Shown piece after piece: positions 32,101 through 41,103 of a DNA stretch of 64,000 nucleotides (positions are counted from its first letter, which is position 1; each line of letters begins with the position of its first letter). Location: IMG/VR virus record IMGVR_UViG_3300046468_001139, one strand, 5' to 3'. This DNA is from a virus. Both the position numbers and the translations under genes were made by a program. The notes below the pieces were generated by a model. That model was given only the letters and a program-made list of their open reading frames with translations. It was not told where the DNA came from and did no database searches.

Positions 32101-32230
32101 TGTTATCAATATTCAAGGTAATACAATAACAACTACTACCGGAGTATTAATAAATACAACAGCACAGATGCATTTCACAGGTGGCGTAAGCGGATCACCT
32201 GTAGCGATGCAACAATTTATATTGAGCTAA
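26117..32230 (+). CDS. large tail fibre/spike-like protein, paralog of 20735
   Basis: 2037 aa; same MAEF.L.RIR..WK start, GDELRS, YVQNVTT, SIVANDFTQ, STDQDGNFRVG motifs. Confidence 0.7.
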   Translation: MAEFKLGRIRFVWKGSWTTGTVYYKDDIVRQGGRTYFCNVGHTASADFATDESAKWQLFTDGVSWNGTWTSNYYYKQNDLIKYGGYLYVCNTAHTSEVDGATAGKLETDQAKWDLFAEGFDWKSDWTITTVYKVNDIVKYGGNLYLCNTAHTGSSSQGSDTDGLEADLSKWDIFSKGMDWKSDWAISTRYRAGDTVKYGGRMYICNEGHLSAATTGDGLESDQTKWDVVHNGIEYKTVHAINTRYKINDVVKYGGGLWINTHEHTSSATSLTDDVTSAGHIVTIDQISAADTDRTAGTYNDITGTSNGSGTGHRFNITIDNLGAATVTVVKGGQGHAIGNTISISPTDFGGTGTTLTFNVLTIETSTQWQQFIPGLEFEDSWSGSTAYQIGDFVTYGGYSYIATQNNTNVVPFGNASTWDLFTTGFSLKGDYNNATAYKVGDVVRVGGYTYISIQDTTGNRPPNVTYWDRLNEGMSWKDAWANATYYDLGDVVRGINNVNSYICVQAHTSDQVSNQDRPDQDVAGAYWKLMSGGVESGNLTTAGDLVYYGGSGPTRLPIGKDGQVLKVNEAGNAPEWAYFGQLDQVYYVGKSGVDGFAPAYGVTIDKPFFSTRWACEQIRKGPRNPEATNLIEMNKQFIQEQTMEFITHSIANNTAPFTTSFTYDAVKCRRDIGIILDALLWDLRHGGNVRMRECALSYISPGGANYVAGQTAETNAAINYAMSLLPNIITNLPPAANYATLNSVATPVVQFTDSTKTAEPNIATTANALTLLITDTITAGNTTNLQKKIKPNVTVFVKTGQYNEILPIIVPADVAVVGDELRSTEISAATAGPTDVNDANLSKTAILRMKAILSDVVLNNAVTKTAAGGHLTMDTFSAADASRATGTYTGVTGSSSAAGTVGTFDITVDANGAVTSVLVVTAGSGHAINDTITIADSVLGNGGGAAFTMDVATISTGNTRTQDVRLPAGNATAVTTAELLFQDIHNYIDYEVNGAGTKPTVVGQVGRRTDAAYTDTRGRILANLEFLVDEAYEYIQANNTKAFQEASPDAAQQASCKRDAREYVKAVLWDLENFGNYYSTLTGRWFSNAVGGSLTEDMFYLENGTGLRNCTVKGLAGALGAPNAYGTKRPTAGAFCSLNPSWGPDDEDAWIATRSPYVQNVTTFGTRCVGLKVDGDIHNGGNDSIVANDFTQVLDEGIGAWVTNLGRAELVSVFSYYGHIGYLAEAGGKIRATNGNSSYGDFGTVAEGVDLTETAIKATVDNRSFDAVIGAVVTNNAGIIHHEYLHAGREYVPANTTLSYSGDGFGITGLTPTVVTGGVMQIRLTGTASTFGGADYKTATNTPQTGDTTSITISNTDASLSAAYAGMAVFLVGGKGAGQYGYIDTYNAGTKIATIKKYSDNLAGWDTTVNGQTVETELDNTTQYSIEPRVTISAPGNDGSTATAQAIARAKVADGKISEVRIIHPGASYTSPPTVTFTDPNNTLDAPLEVFLGDGVLAQPTFASRGTGWTTATAEVVDAGYEKDITGVSFTANPYAYTLLTANKEFIKDEVIAYIDNQIANAAVGSSLWDAFTYDATTWEADVGEYVDALAHDIKFGGTKETIRAARSYWIGVNSTLPGRQGQKLAAYEFMRTLLTTNILANSAYTTLQSPVVTTQTTNANNGEAGAITLMGGLIDIVNEGLINGLDSLPQDGGTGILNITVTSHGLIDGDKVLINTVGGTTQINGNRYYVKRIDANTLQLYLDYLLLFPAVLTNGSPYVANGTISYGAGYRDAKQDGKYMQVEGMESIPQAGANVEFASLPNQFFKLVSVTQLTGSSPYSALLQISPNMELDDAPAHGDNVEMRIRYSQCRLTGHDYLDIGTGGFTTTNYPGTPTTPADPTDEAVEGGGGRVFFTSTDQDGNFRVGDLFSVEQATGIATLNADAFSISGLQELQLGAVALGGAGATVNEFSTDGTFTANSDSIVPTQKAIKTYITSQIGGGASELNVNSVTAGVINIQGNTITTTTGVLINTTAQMHFTGGVSGSPVAMQQFILS

Positions 32231-32243
32231 AAGGAGAAATAAT

Positions 32244-32564
32244 ATGGCCACAGGAAGATTAGGACACGCAGATTTAGCCGCTGGCACTAACACTTCTCTT
32301 TACACGGTACCTGCAAACACCTTCGGGATTGTTACGCTATCGATTTGTAATAGAGGAAATAGTGCTATTTCGGTAAGAGTTGCGGTCGCATCAGCTGGAA
32401 CACCACTAGATAGTGAATACATTGAATATGATGTAGAAATTCTAGCTAAAGGTGTGTTAGAGAGATCAGGTATTGCTTTGGCGGCAGGGCAAATACTTGT
32501 TGTTTACAGTTCTGCCGTGAACGTCAGTGCAGTAGCAATGGGTATTGAGACATCTACAGCATAA
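32244..32564 (+). CDS. small beta-rich virion protein
   Basis: LYTVPA, SICNR, YIEYD, LERSGI. Confidence 0.6.
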   Translation: MATGRLGHADLAAGTNTSLYTVPANTFGIVTLSICNRGNSAISVRVAVASAGTPLDSEYIEYDVEILAKGVLERSGIALAAGQILVVYSSAVNVSAVAMGIETSTA

Positions 32565-32597
32565 TGATAAATATAGTAATAAAAAGGAAACACTAAA

Positions 32598-32930
32598 ATG
32601 GGAAGATATATTTCAACAACAGGAACTGCTAGTAGCGTTATTCGTACAGTTAACACTACTTATAGTGCTATTGTTAATGATAGAATTTTAGCTGATTCTT
32701 CGGGTTCTGGATTTACAATTACTTTACCGGCAAACGCTGGCTTAGTCGTAAACGATACAATTTCAGTCATTGATGTTACAGGTAATTTCAACACCAACAA
32801 TGTAACACTTAGCAGAAATGGTTCAAAGATCCAAAACTTATCTGAGGATTTAGTTTTAGATATTAATAACGTAGCGATTACATTGATTTATTCCGGGTCG
32901 ACTTACGGCTGGATTATGTCAGGAACGTAA
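32598..32930 (+). CDS. gp9/gp10-like baseplate/fibre adaptor domain protein
   Basis: FTITLP...D.I..ID..G.F..NN.T..RNG.KI...EDL.LD...L.Y...GW pattern. Confidence 0.55.
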   Translation: MGRYISTTGTASSVIRTVNTTYSAIVNDRILADSSGSGFTITLPANAGLVVNDTISVIDVTGNFNTNNVTLSRNGSKIQNLSEDLVLDINNVAITLIYSGSTYGWIMSGT

Positions 32931-32948
32931 GAAGAGAGGATATTAACT

Positions 32949-33689
32949 ATGGCAGACCTGAGAACACTATTAGGCGACACTATTGGAGGATCATCCGTTC
33001 CAACAAAATTCTTCTACGTCTACAATAACAATAGAGGAATTAACAATGGTGGTTGCTGTTGTAACTGGACAGTACCAGCTGGTATTGTTAACGTAACATT
33101 TGAGTTATGGGGAGCAGGCGCGGCAGGAGCAGGAGGTTGCTGTTGTCAGTTTAGTTCACAGAACGCAGGTGGCGGGTCGTATAGTATTAGATCACACTCA
33201 GTTGTAGCTGGATGCACATTTACAATTTGTGCGGCAGGTAACGGAGCATGTTGTGAACGTGATTGTCTAGGAATAGACGGATCAACTAGTTTTGTAACTG
33301 GATCAAGTATTCCAACAACATGTGCAAGAGGTGGATGTACAGGAAGAACAAACTGTCATGCACACTACGCATATAATTGTTGCTTTGGATGTTCACAGAT
33401 ATCAGGCGGTACACAAGGTGATCTAAGATTAGGACACTCGCGTAACGCACCACTACACACACATTACTGCCACAATCAAATGTGGGATTATGTTAGTGGA
33501 CCACCAAAAGGTGGTATGACTAGAAAGGGTCGTGATTACTGCGGTAATCCAATGACTTGTTCAGGTTGTGGATGGGGTTGTGCTCAACCTTACCCAGGAG
33601 ACGGTGGATATAATGGTACTGCATGTGGCGGTCCATGCTGTTGGGGTCATTGGGGCTCAGGCGGAATGGTTAAGGTGTCGTACAGTTAA
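32949..33689 (+). CDS. Cys/Gly-rich putative tail-tip protein 1
   Basis: About 25 Cys in 246 aa; CCC.W.VP, FELWGAG, G.GG.V.V.Y glycine-rich domain. Confidence 0.65.
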   Translation: MADLRTLLGDTIGGSSVPTKFFYVYNNNRGINNGGCCCNWTVPAGIVNVTFELWGAGAAGAGGCCCQFSSQNAGGGSYSIRSHSVVAGCTFTICAAGNGACCERDCLGIDGSTSFVTGSSIPTTCARGGCTGRTNCHAHYAYNCCFGCSQISGGTQGDLRLGHSRNAPLHTHYCHNQMWDYVSGPPKGGMTRKGRDYCGNPMTCSGCGWGCAQPYPGDGGYNGTACGGPCCWGHWGSGGMVKVSYS

Positions 33690-33718
33690 TATGACTAAAT
33701 ACAAACGAAGGAAACAAA

Positions 33719-34411
33719 ATGGCTGAAATTACAAAAAACTTTACATATGATATCCCCAATGAATATTTGAGTCAATCAAATAGCGACGGGGATACAGCAA
33801 CAGCTAGTTATACAGGTCCAGAGACTTTATATATCTATGTTGATGCAACAAGCGGACAAAATACACTATCACAAAATCCACCAGATGAGGATTTTAACTA
33901 CAATCCAACTACTGATACAACACCAGAAGGTGAAAGATTAGTTGAATTAGATTGTTCAGGCGAAGATACTTTAATGTGTGCTATCTTTCTTCCACACACA
34001 GTAACGTTAACGCAAAGTGATGTTGTAACAAATTTACCAGAAGGTTACGGAACTTACGCAACACAATGGCCACCATACCCAGATCATGCTTACGAAAGAG
34101 AAATGTGTACGCATAGTGCTGATACAGGTAATTGGACATTGACTTGGAAACAACCGTGGCAAACATGGGAAACATTAACACAATTAAGAAACGATAGACT
34201 AGATGCAACGGATCATAGAGTATCAGCAGATATGCCTGATAGCGTTAAGAATCCTTGGATTGAATTTAGACAAAAACTTAGAGAATTACCAGTTACGTAC
34301 GGACGTGGTACAGCAGATGAAATTCCAGCACATATGGTTAAGTTCCCCGAAGAACCAACTGTAGGCGGATATGCTGAAGCACCAGCTGAAGACGGCGTAG
34401 GAATAGGTTAA
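33719..34411 (+). CDS. phage tail assembly chaperone-domain protein
   Basis: W..L...RN.RL..TD....DMP.....W..FRQ.LRELP ... FP.EP. Confidence 0.7.
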   Translation: MAEITKNFTYDIPNEYLSQSNSDGDTATASYTGPETLYIYVDATSGQNTLSQNPPDEDFNYNPTTDTTPEGERLVELDCSGEDTLMCAIFLPHTVTLTQSDVVTNLPEGYGTYATQWPPYPDHAYEREMCTHSADTGNWTLTWKQPWQTWETLTQLRNDRLDATDHRVSADMPDSVKNPWIEFRQKLRELPVTYGRGTADEIPAHMVKFPEEPTVGGYAEAPAEDGVGIG

Positions 34412-34423
34412 GGAGAACAATAA

Positions 34424-35194
34424 ATGTCTGCATTAAGATCACTATTACAACTTGGAACAGATTCCGGAGCAAAGCCTCTGAGAACAATTTATGTTTACCA
34501 CAGTTCATTTGATAACACTCGTAACAGTAACCCAGGTTGTTGTTGCGGTTGGACACCTAGTGCAGATGTAAACTGGGCGGCTTTTGAAACTTGGGGTGCA
34601 GGCGGAGATGGCGGCGGTGGCTGTTGTTGTATGGCAGGGTTCCCAGGAGGAGCAGGATCATACGGTAGAAAAATTGCTGAAATAACACCAGGCGCAACAT
34701 TTACATTATGTGCAGGAGCGGCAGGTTGCTGTAGACCAGTAATGGGCTGTACAGGATGTGGTAGTTATGCATGTTCAGGTAACGGTTGTAAATCAGGAGG
34801 CTACTTTTGCTTATGTGCATCAGGTGGCGGATATGGTTGTGCAACTTGTGGATTTGGTACTGCATGGGGAGGACATTGCGGATGTCCAAACAGAATGTGT
34901 GGTTGTGTAAAAGGCGCAGACTTTAGTATGTGCGGACACAATGGCGGCGGAGCAGGAACAGCGATGTGTTCTAGTTCATCATGGGAAAACATGACGTCAG
35001 CACCATACGGTGGACAAAGTGCTAGAATGTCAAGAGATAACTGTTATAAAACACACGGTAGAGATGCAGGCGGACCAGCTGACTTCCCAGGAGGAGGCGG
35101 AGGAACGCTACATACTCACAACGGTACTTGTTACTGTGGTGGACCGGGAGCTGGTGGATTAGTAGTAGTTTACTATCAATCGGAAGTAGGATAA
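34424..35194 (+). CDS. Cys/Gly-rich putative tail-tip protein 2
   Basis: About 26 Cys in 256 aa; same scaffold as 32949. Confidence 0.65.
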   Translation: MSALRSLLQLGTDSGAKPLRTIYVYHSSFDNTRNSNPGCCCGWTPSADVNWAAFETWGAGGDGGGGCCCMAGFPGGAGSYGRKIAEITPGATFTLCAGAAGCCRPVMGCTGCGSYACSGNGCKSGGYFCLCASGGGYGCATCGFGTAWGGHCGCPNRMCGCVKGADFSMCGHNGGGAGTAMCSSSSWENMTSAPYGGQSARMSRDNCYKTHGRDAGGPADFPGGGGGTLHTHNGTCYCGGPGAGGLVVVYYQSEVG

Positions 35195-35206
35195 GGAGAG
35201 TAATTT

Positions 35207-36013
35207 ATGTCAAATTTAAGAGATTATATTCCAGGATACGATGTAGGCGTTGCATCTCCAAATGCATTTACAGTTAGTTACGCTTGGAACTCAGATCACA
35301 ACGAAGCGTGGCCAGCACAAGCATATGGTGTACCACCAGAATCAAGATATTATTGTAACAACAACGGCGGTAAATGTTGTAGATGGACTGTTCCATCAAG
35401 TGCTACTTTTGCAGTATTTGAAATGTGGGGCGGCGGATCATCAGGCGTAGGTGGCTGTTGCTGTATGCAAGGCTATCCAGCAGACTCAGGCGGATATGCT
35501 ATTAAATCAACAAACGTAACAGGCGGCGATGCTTTTACAATTTGTGCAGGTAGATCAGGATGTTGTTTATACGCAGGTAATAACTATGCAGGACACAACA
35601 GTTTTGTATTTGGAACACCAACAGGCGGCTCATGTTTTTGTGCTGTAGCTTGTGGAGGTTACTGTAGTAACTGTACACATTGTCATGGTTTCTTTAGCTG
35701 TTATGGTTGCTGTATGAACTGTTATAACTGTCAAATTCAACCTAATAACGTTGACTTTGGTATTGCAAGTTTCACAGGTTCTTCACAAAGATCACAGCAT
35801 TGCGGTGATAGAGGATTAGAATTAACACCAACTGCTCCAATGGCACAGTCAGGACCTAAAATGGGACCAAACGGTTGCTGTACAAGAGGCGGAGAGTGTC
35901 AAGGATTTGGTTCATGGCCAGGTGGCGCAGGAGAATCAGGTAGAGCATACGGCGGCGGTTGCTGTTGTGGTTCACCAGGTGCTGAAGGCGCAGTATACGT
36001 GGTGTATTATTAA
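35207..36013 (+). CDS. Cys/Gly-rich putative tail-tip protein 3
   Basis: About 27 Cys in 268 aa; same scaffold. Confidence 0.65.
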   Translation: MSNLRDYIPGYDVGVASPNAFTVSYAWNSDHNEAWPAQAYGVPPESRYYCNNNGGKCCRWTVPSSATFAVFEMWGGGSSGVGGCCCMQGYPADSGGYAIKSTNVTGGDAFTICAGRSGCCLYAGNNYAGHNSFVFGTPTGGSCFCAVACGGYCSNCTHCHGFFSCYGCCMNCYNCQIQPNNVDFGIASFTGSSQRSQHCGDRGLELTPTAPMAQSGPKMGPNGCCTRGGECQGFGSWPGGAGESGRAYGGGCCCGSPGAEGAVYVVYY

Positions 36014-36035
36014 AGGTAACAAATAGGAAAATAGA

Positions 36036-37406
36036 ATGATAGATCCAAATGCAACAGATAGAGTAGTAGAAGTAAACGTAGACTTCTCATATGATATGCC
36101 AGATGCATATCTGTATCAAACTACCAACTTAGGTAAAGTGGGTACTTGGACTTATGAAGGTCCTAGAGAGATGTGGGTATTTTTACGTAAAAGAGATAAC
36201 AAGCGTACAGGTGAAGTTAAATTTAGCTACCAAGTTGAAGATGATTTTGTACCTGCGGCAAGTGAATACATGGTTAAAGTTAACTGTGAAGAAAATCCTC
36301 TACTTTGCGAATTAATGGAAACTGATCAAGACACACTATTTTTAGAAGGCAGAGAACAAATAAGTGAAACACTTCCAATGGATGATTGGGAAGGTAATGC
36401 ATTTGTACATATTGAGCCTAAAGTTCCTACACCAGATCACACATACGATAGAGATGAAATTGAATACAACCCAACTGCACAGGAATGGGTTACACCTTTT
36501 CCTTTTATTAAGCCACACACAGATTGGGAAGCAATTAAAAGAGTACGTTGGTCTAGATTAAATGCTAGTGACGGACACGTATCAGAAGATATGCCAGAAA
36601 GTTTATTAACTGCATGGCAAGACTACAGAACAAAATTAAGAGGCTTACCAGCTACATACGGTGCGGCATGGACAGTAACCATTGCAACAGCAGGAACAGG
36701 ATATGCAGTAGGCGACAACTTTAACGTTGACGCAAGTGTATTTGGTTTTGGTAGTGAAGATGTAGGTGCATTAGACGATTTAAGTCAACCAATGGGTAAG
36801 AGACCAGGATTTGATTTTGAAGCGGCAACTAGTGGTTTAGACGATACAGCTCTTGTTAACGAAAATGATTCATTAGATGTAAACATTATTGTTACATCAG
36901 TTGATAGTGATGGTGCAGTTACAGGTGTTAGAACACGTAATGCATTTAACGCAAGACATATTAAAGAAGCACGTACACTTAATGACGTAGCAACTACAGC
37001 AACTACAAGCGGTGGTTCAGGTGCAACGTTTAATCTAAGTAAAGTAGTTAGAGTAGACCCGTGGAAAGTAAGATTACCACAGAGTCCAAACGCACAACGC
37101 CCTGGTGTATATGGTGAAAGAGACCAATTCCCAGGACAAATTGGGCGTTATTTGAGTGAAGAAGATCGTAACAATCCAGCAGATGGATGGTTAATGGAAC
37201 ACACATATCACCCTGCAACAAGACACTATGTTCCACCTGAAAGTGGCGGTAATTATTTTGCTTATGATTTAGAAAGATTGAATCTAAGTACAGATGGTAC
37301 ACCGTACGATGACGGTGTTGCAGACGGGCTTCCAACACCCCCTACAGACGTAAGAGGCAATACACGTATTGCTGGTACTGTAACAGCCAGAAAACAATCA
37401 AGCTAA
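36036..37406 (+). CDS. tail assembly chaperone-domain protein with C-terminal extension (paralog of 33719)
   Basis: FSYDMPDAYL/TYEGP matches FTYDIPNEYL/YTGP; W..IK..R..RL..SD....DMP....W..YR..LR.LP. Confidence 0.65.
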   Translation: MIDPNATDRVVEVNVDFSYDMPDAYLYQTTNLGKVGTWTYEGPREMWVFLRKRDNKRTGEVKFSYQVEDDFVPAASEYMVKVNCEENPLLCELMETDQDTLFLEGREQISETLPMDDWEGNAFVHIEPKVPTPDHTYDRDEIEYNPTAQEWVTPFPFIKPHTDWEAIKRVRWSRLNASDGHVSEDMPESLLTAWQDYRTKLRGLPATYGAAWTVTIATAGTGYAVGDNFNVDASVFGFGSEDVGALDDLSQPMGKRPGFDFEAATSGLDDTALVNENDSLDVNIIVTSVDSDGAVTGVRTRNAFNARHIKEARTLNDVATTATTSGGSGATFNLSKVVRVDPWKVRLPQSPNAQRPGVYGERDQFPGQIGRYLSEEDRNNPADGWLMEHTYHPATRHYVPPESGGNYFAYDLERLNLSTDGTPYDDGVADGLPTPPTDVRGNTRIAGTVTARKQSS

Positions 37407-37463
37407 ACTAATCTTCATTAAATATCTATACAAGCAATTACACAAATTGTAGAAGGATATAAA

Positions 37464-38459
37464 ATGACAGATAAAAGAAATACGGCTATTTTTATCAATG
37501 GTGGCGCTGGCAGAGTTCTTGCTAGTATTCCAGCACTTGAGAAGTTTGCAGAAGAAAATCCAGAAGATAACTTTATCATTGTATGCGAAGGCGGTACTGA
37601 CTTTTATAAAGGTCATCCAGTACTACATGCAAAAGCATACGATCACTGGCACAAGAATCTTTTCCAAGATAAACTTAAAGATATGAATTTAATTACACCT
37701 GAGCCTTATAGAGCTTGGGAATACTATAATCAAAAATGTAGTATTGCAGAAGCATACGATATTCAAATTAATAACAAAGGACTACGTAAATTAAGCAAAC
37801 CAATTTTAAAACTTTCTAGAGAAGAAATGTTGTTTGGTAAAAAGCTAGTTGACGAAGTTAAAGAAAAAACTAAAAAAGACAAAGTAGTTGTTTTCCAACC
37901 ATTTGGTAGAGCAGTACAACATGACAATGGTGTAATTACTGATTGGAGTGGTAGAAGTTTTGAAGCTGAAAATTCAGTTAATATTGTTAAGTCACTTTCT
38001 AAAAAATATGCAATGGTACACATGGCAGAGTTTGGTATTGACTTTTCAAAACACGGTTGTAAAGAACCTGTAGCAAGTCCTATGGGTGCAGACCTAAGAC
38101 ATTGGGCTGGCATTATTGCAAATGCAGATTACTTTTTAGGCTGTGATAGTGTAGGTCAACATATTGCACATGCACTAGGTGTTAAATGTACAGTAGTAAT
38201 AGGTTCAACTTTTCCAATTAATGTTTCGTATCCAGAAGATAAAAACTTTGATATTTTAGACATGGGCGAAGGTGCTAGAGTATATTCACCTATTAGAGTT
38301 ACAACAGATGAATATGCAGATAGAGTTAATGACGGTATCATGGCAATGAATGACAAAGTTGAAAGTGTTATTTGTGAATCAGTAACAGCAGGAATTAGAA
38401 ATAAGAAAAAAGTTGGTGCTCAATATAACAGTACTAACAAAGAAGCAACTCCTGCTTAA
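37464..38459 (+). CDS. glycosyltransferase, GT9 (heptosyltransferase)-like
   Basis: GG.G.VL.SIPAL N-terminus; LR.WAGII..AD.FLG.DS..QHIA.ALG....V..G.T C-terminus. Confidence 0.7.
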   Translation: MTDKRNTAIFINGGAGRVLASIPALEKFAEENPEDNFIIVCEGGTDFYKGHPVLHAKAYDHWHKNLFQDKLKDMNLITPEPYRAWEYYNQKCSIAEAYDIQINNKGLRKLSKPILKLSREEMLFGKKLVDEVKEKTKKDKVVVFQPFGRAVQHDNGVITDWSGRSFEAENSVNIVKSLSKKYAMVHMAEFGIDFSKHGCKEPVASPMGADLRHWAGIIANADYFLGCDSVGQHIAHALGVKCTVVIGSTFPINVSYPEDKNFDILDMGEGARVYSPIRVTTDEYADRVNDGIMAMNDKVESVICESVTAGIRNKKKVGAQYNSTNKEATPA

Positions 38460-38461
38460 TA

Positions 38462-39298
38462 ATGAAACGTTTATTTGTATTTGGGTGTTCCTATACATCA
38501 TGGAATTGGCCAACCTACGCAGATATCTACGCACAGGAATTTGATCACTATGAAAATTGGGGTCATGCAGGCTTAGGAAATAGAGCTATTGCTGAACGTG
38601 TTGCAGAATGCCACGCTACAAATGAATTTGACAAAGACGATACAGTAATAGTACAATGGTCAAGTCACTTACGTTACGATTATCTTAACTTTAAACACAA
38701 AGAACCTTGGCAAACTAAAGGTAGTATATTCAGCTATCAAAACAAAGAAGTGTTTGATGACAAATGGATAGAAACTTTTTATGATGAAAAAGCATTGTTT
38801 TTACATACAATGAATAACATTATACTTACTAAGGGTTTATTAAAAGATACAAATTGCAAGTTTTATTTTACAAGCATTAGTAACTTAGAAACACTAGGAA
38901 CAGATATTCCGCATCAAAAAGGACATGGTGAAAATTTAAGAAATACACCTGAACTTGCTGATGCATTTAAAGAGTTTGATTTAGAACAATATAGATACGT
39001 ACTAGAAGGTCCTGAATGGTTAGAATCATTAGGATTACATGCTTGGAATAGACCAGACTCTAGTTGGTGGTTTGAAGAAAATGGCGAAAAATGGTTAGAG
39101 TTACACCCTAGTCCAATACAGCATTTAAGTTTTTGCCAGTCATATCTAAGCCACAACTTATCAGAACAAACACAAAATATGATAGATACTGTTATAGATT
39201 GTAAAACTAACGACTACAAAGAAACTATTAAAAATATTACAAGTTTGCAATTAGCAAATTGGGATAGAAGTTATAGAGGAATAAAAGATGCCAAGTAA
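38462..39298 (+). CDS. SGNH-hydrolase-like hypothetical protein
   Basis: FGCSYT..WP, N.G..G.GN, VIVQWS..R, HP...H. Confidence 0.5.
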   Translation: MKRLFVFGCSYTSWNWPTYADIYAQEFDHYENWGHAGLGNRAIAERVAECHATNEFDKDDTVIVQWSSHLRYDYLNFKHKEPWQTKGSIFSYQNKEVFDDKWIETFYDEKALFLHTMNNIILTKGLLKDTNCKFYFTSISNLETLGTDIPHQKGHGENLRNTPELADAFKEFDLEQYRYVLEGPEWLESLGLHAWNRPDSSWWFEENGEKWLELHPSPIQHLSFCQSYLSHNLSEQTQNMIDTVIDCKTNDYKETIKNITSLQLANWDRSYRGIKDAK

Positions 39299-41099
39299 AA
39301 AGCCAGTATGGATTGCAGGAATTGCTAGAGGACATAACGGTGGAGTATGTCTATTAAAAGACGGTGAAATTGTTTTTTCAATTGAAGAAGAACGTTTAAC
39401 AAGACAAAAGTACGACGGTGGTCCGTATGCAAGTATGATTAAGATACTTGAATACACAGACAAACTAGACTTTTTAGTTGTTGCACATACACAAAATTTA
39501 GAACAAACTGCTGGCAAAGTAGACTTTAGTGGCGATGATGTTTATACAGGACTTGCACGTAAGCTAGGACTTATTAAACGTGAAGCATTCCAAGGTGGTA
39601 ATCATCCTCAAGTAATTGACATGTCAAACATTCATCATAAGTTACATGCCGCTTGTGCTTTTTATCGTTCAGGATTTGAAGATGCAGTAGCAGTTATTGT
39701 TGATGGTGCTGGTACATTTATTACTTTAGACATTGGCGGACAACCTACTACTGTTTGGGAAACAGAAAGTATTTACGATTGCAACTATCCAGATAACTTT
39801 AAAACATTATACAAACACATTGGTGCTAATGGACCTGTTATGGGTGCATGGATGCCTGAGTTTTCAAGTGAAATGTATGACGAAGATAAAGACCAAACAC
39901 ACGAATTAGTTATTTCAGAAAATGCTGGTATTGTTAAAGCGTATGAAGCAGTTACAGAGTACTGTGGATTCAGTTTTATTGAGGCAGGTAAAACTATGGG
40001 ATTGTTTCCATACGGTAAAGCAGACAGTCCAGCACCCAAAATATTTAGACATGATACAATGACACCACAAGCAGATAGACATGTTATTGTTCCAACGTAT
40101 CCTAACGGTGCTCATGTTAATTACAACATGCACACATACTTAACAGATCATGGCGATGAAGATAATCAAGATGTAACGTATTTAGAAAACAGACGTAACA
40201 TGGCTTATCAAATACAAACAGAAAGCCAAAAAGAAGTTGCAAATTTAATTCGCAAAGCAGTTGCAATGACAGGTAAAAACAAAGTAGTTATTAGTGGCGG
40301 ATATGGTCTTAACTGTGTTGCTAACTATTATTACTTAGAAGAATTAAAAGACGAAGGCATTGAAATTTATGTTGAGCCAGTAAGTAATGATGCAGGTACA
40401 GCAATGGGTGGTGCAATGTTAATGCACAGACGTTTAACTAAAAGTAATAAACGTCAAGAGCAACAAGAAACATTATACGAAGGACCAGCTTACAGTTATA
40501 CAGATGAAGAAATTAATGCAGTTGTAGAAAAGTATGACGCAACTGTTGAAGATGCAGACAATACTAAAGCTGTAGACTTACTAGTTGATAGAAAAATTGT
40601 TACACTATTCCAAGGACGTTCTGAAAACGGTCCACGTGCATTAGGTAATAGAACTATTATGTATGATCCAAGTGATCCTAATGGTAAAGATTATGTAAAC
40701 AAAGTTAAACGTAGAGAATATTTCCGTCCTTTTGCAGGTAGTATATTAGAAGAAGATGTACATGAATGGTTTGACTTGCGTGGAATGAAAAGTTCACCTA
40801 CAATGATGTATGCTGTAAACTGTCAAGAAGGTATTGCTGAAAAGATTCCAAGTATTATTCACGTAGATGGTACATGTCGTATTCAAACAGTTAATAGAGA
40901 TCAAAACAAACATTACTATGATGTTATTAAAGCATTTAAAGAACGTACTGGTATTAGTATTATTTTCAATACTAGTTTTAACTTAGGTGGCGAGCCATTA
41001 GTTGAAACACTAGATGATGCTGTGCGTACACTACGTAATAGTGATATTGAATATCTTTATTTGCCAGAATATAATAAGCTAATTACAGTAAAAAATTAA
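39288..41099 (+). CDS. carbamoyltransferase (NodU/CmcH/TobZ family)
   Basis: EEER, HH..HA, DGAG, GKTMGL, SGG..LNC.AN, GPRALGNR, RE.FRPFA, NTSFN. Confidence 0.92.
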   Translation: MPSKKPVWIAGIARGHNGGVCLLKDGEIVFSIEEERLTRQKYDGGPYASMIKILEYTDKLDFLVVAHTQNLEQTAGKVDFSGDDVYTGLARKLGLIKREAFQGGNHPQVIDMSNIHHKLHAACAFYRSGFEDAVAVIVDGAGTFITLDIGGQPTTVWETESIYDCNYPDNFKTLYKHIGANGPVMGAWMPEFSSEMYDEDKDQTHELVISENAGIVKAYEAVTEYCGFSFIEAGKTMGLFPYGKADSPAPKIFRHDTMTPQADRHVIVPTYPNGAHVNYNMHTYLTDHGDEDNQDVTYLENRRNMAYQIQTESQKEVANLIRKAVAMTGKNKVVISGGYGLNCVANYYYLEELKDEGIEIYVEPVSNDAGTAMGGAMLMHRRLTKSNKRQEQQETLYEGPAYSYTDEEINAVVEKYDATVEDADNTKAVDLLVDRKIVTLFQGRSENGPRALGNRTIMYDPSDPNGKDYVNKVKRREYFRPFAGSILEEDVHEWFDLRGMKSSPTMMYAVNCQEGIAEKIPSIIHVDGTCRIQTVNRDQNKHYYDVIKAFKERTGISIIFNTSFNLGGEPLVETLDDAVRTLRNSDIEYLYLPEYNKLITVKN

Positions 41100-41103
41100 A
41101 GTC

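Noticed and set aside
32949-36013. Selenoprotein recoding or diversity-generating retroelement targets in the Cys-rich genes
   Set aside because: ORFs end in TAA with no in-frame TGA; no reverse transcriptase or adenine-mismatched template repeat seen in the window
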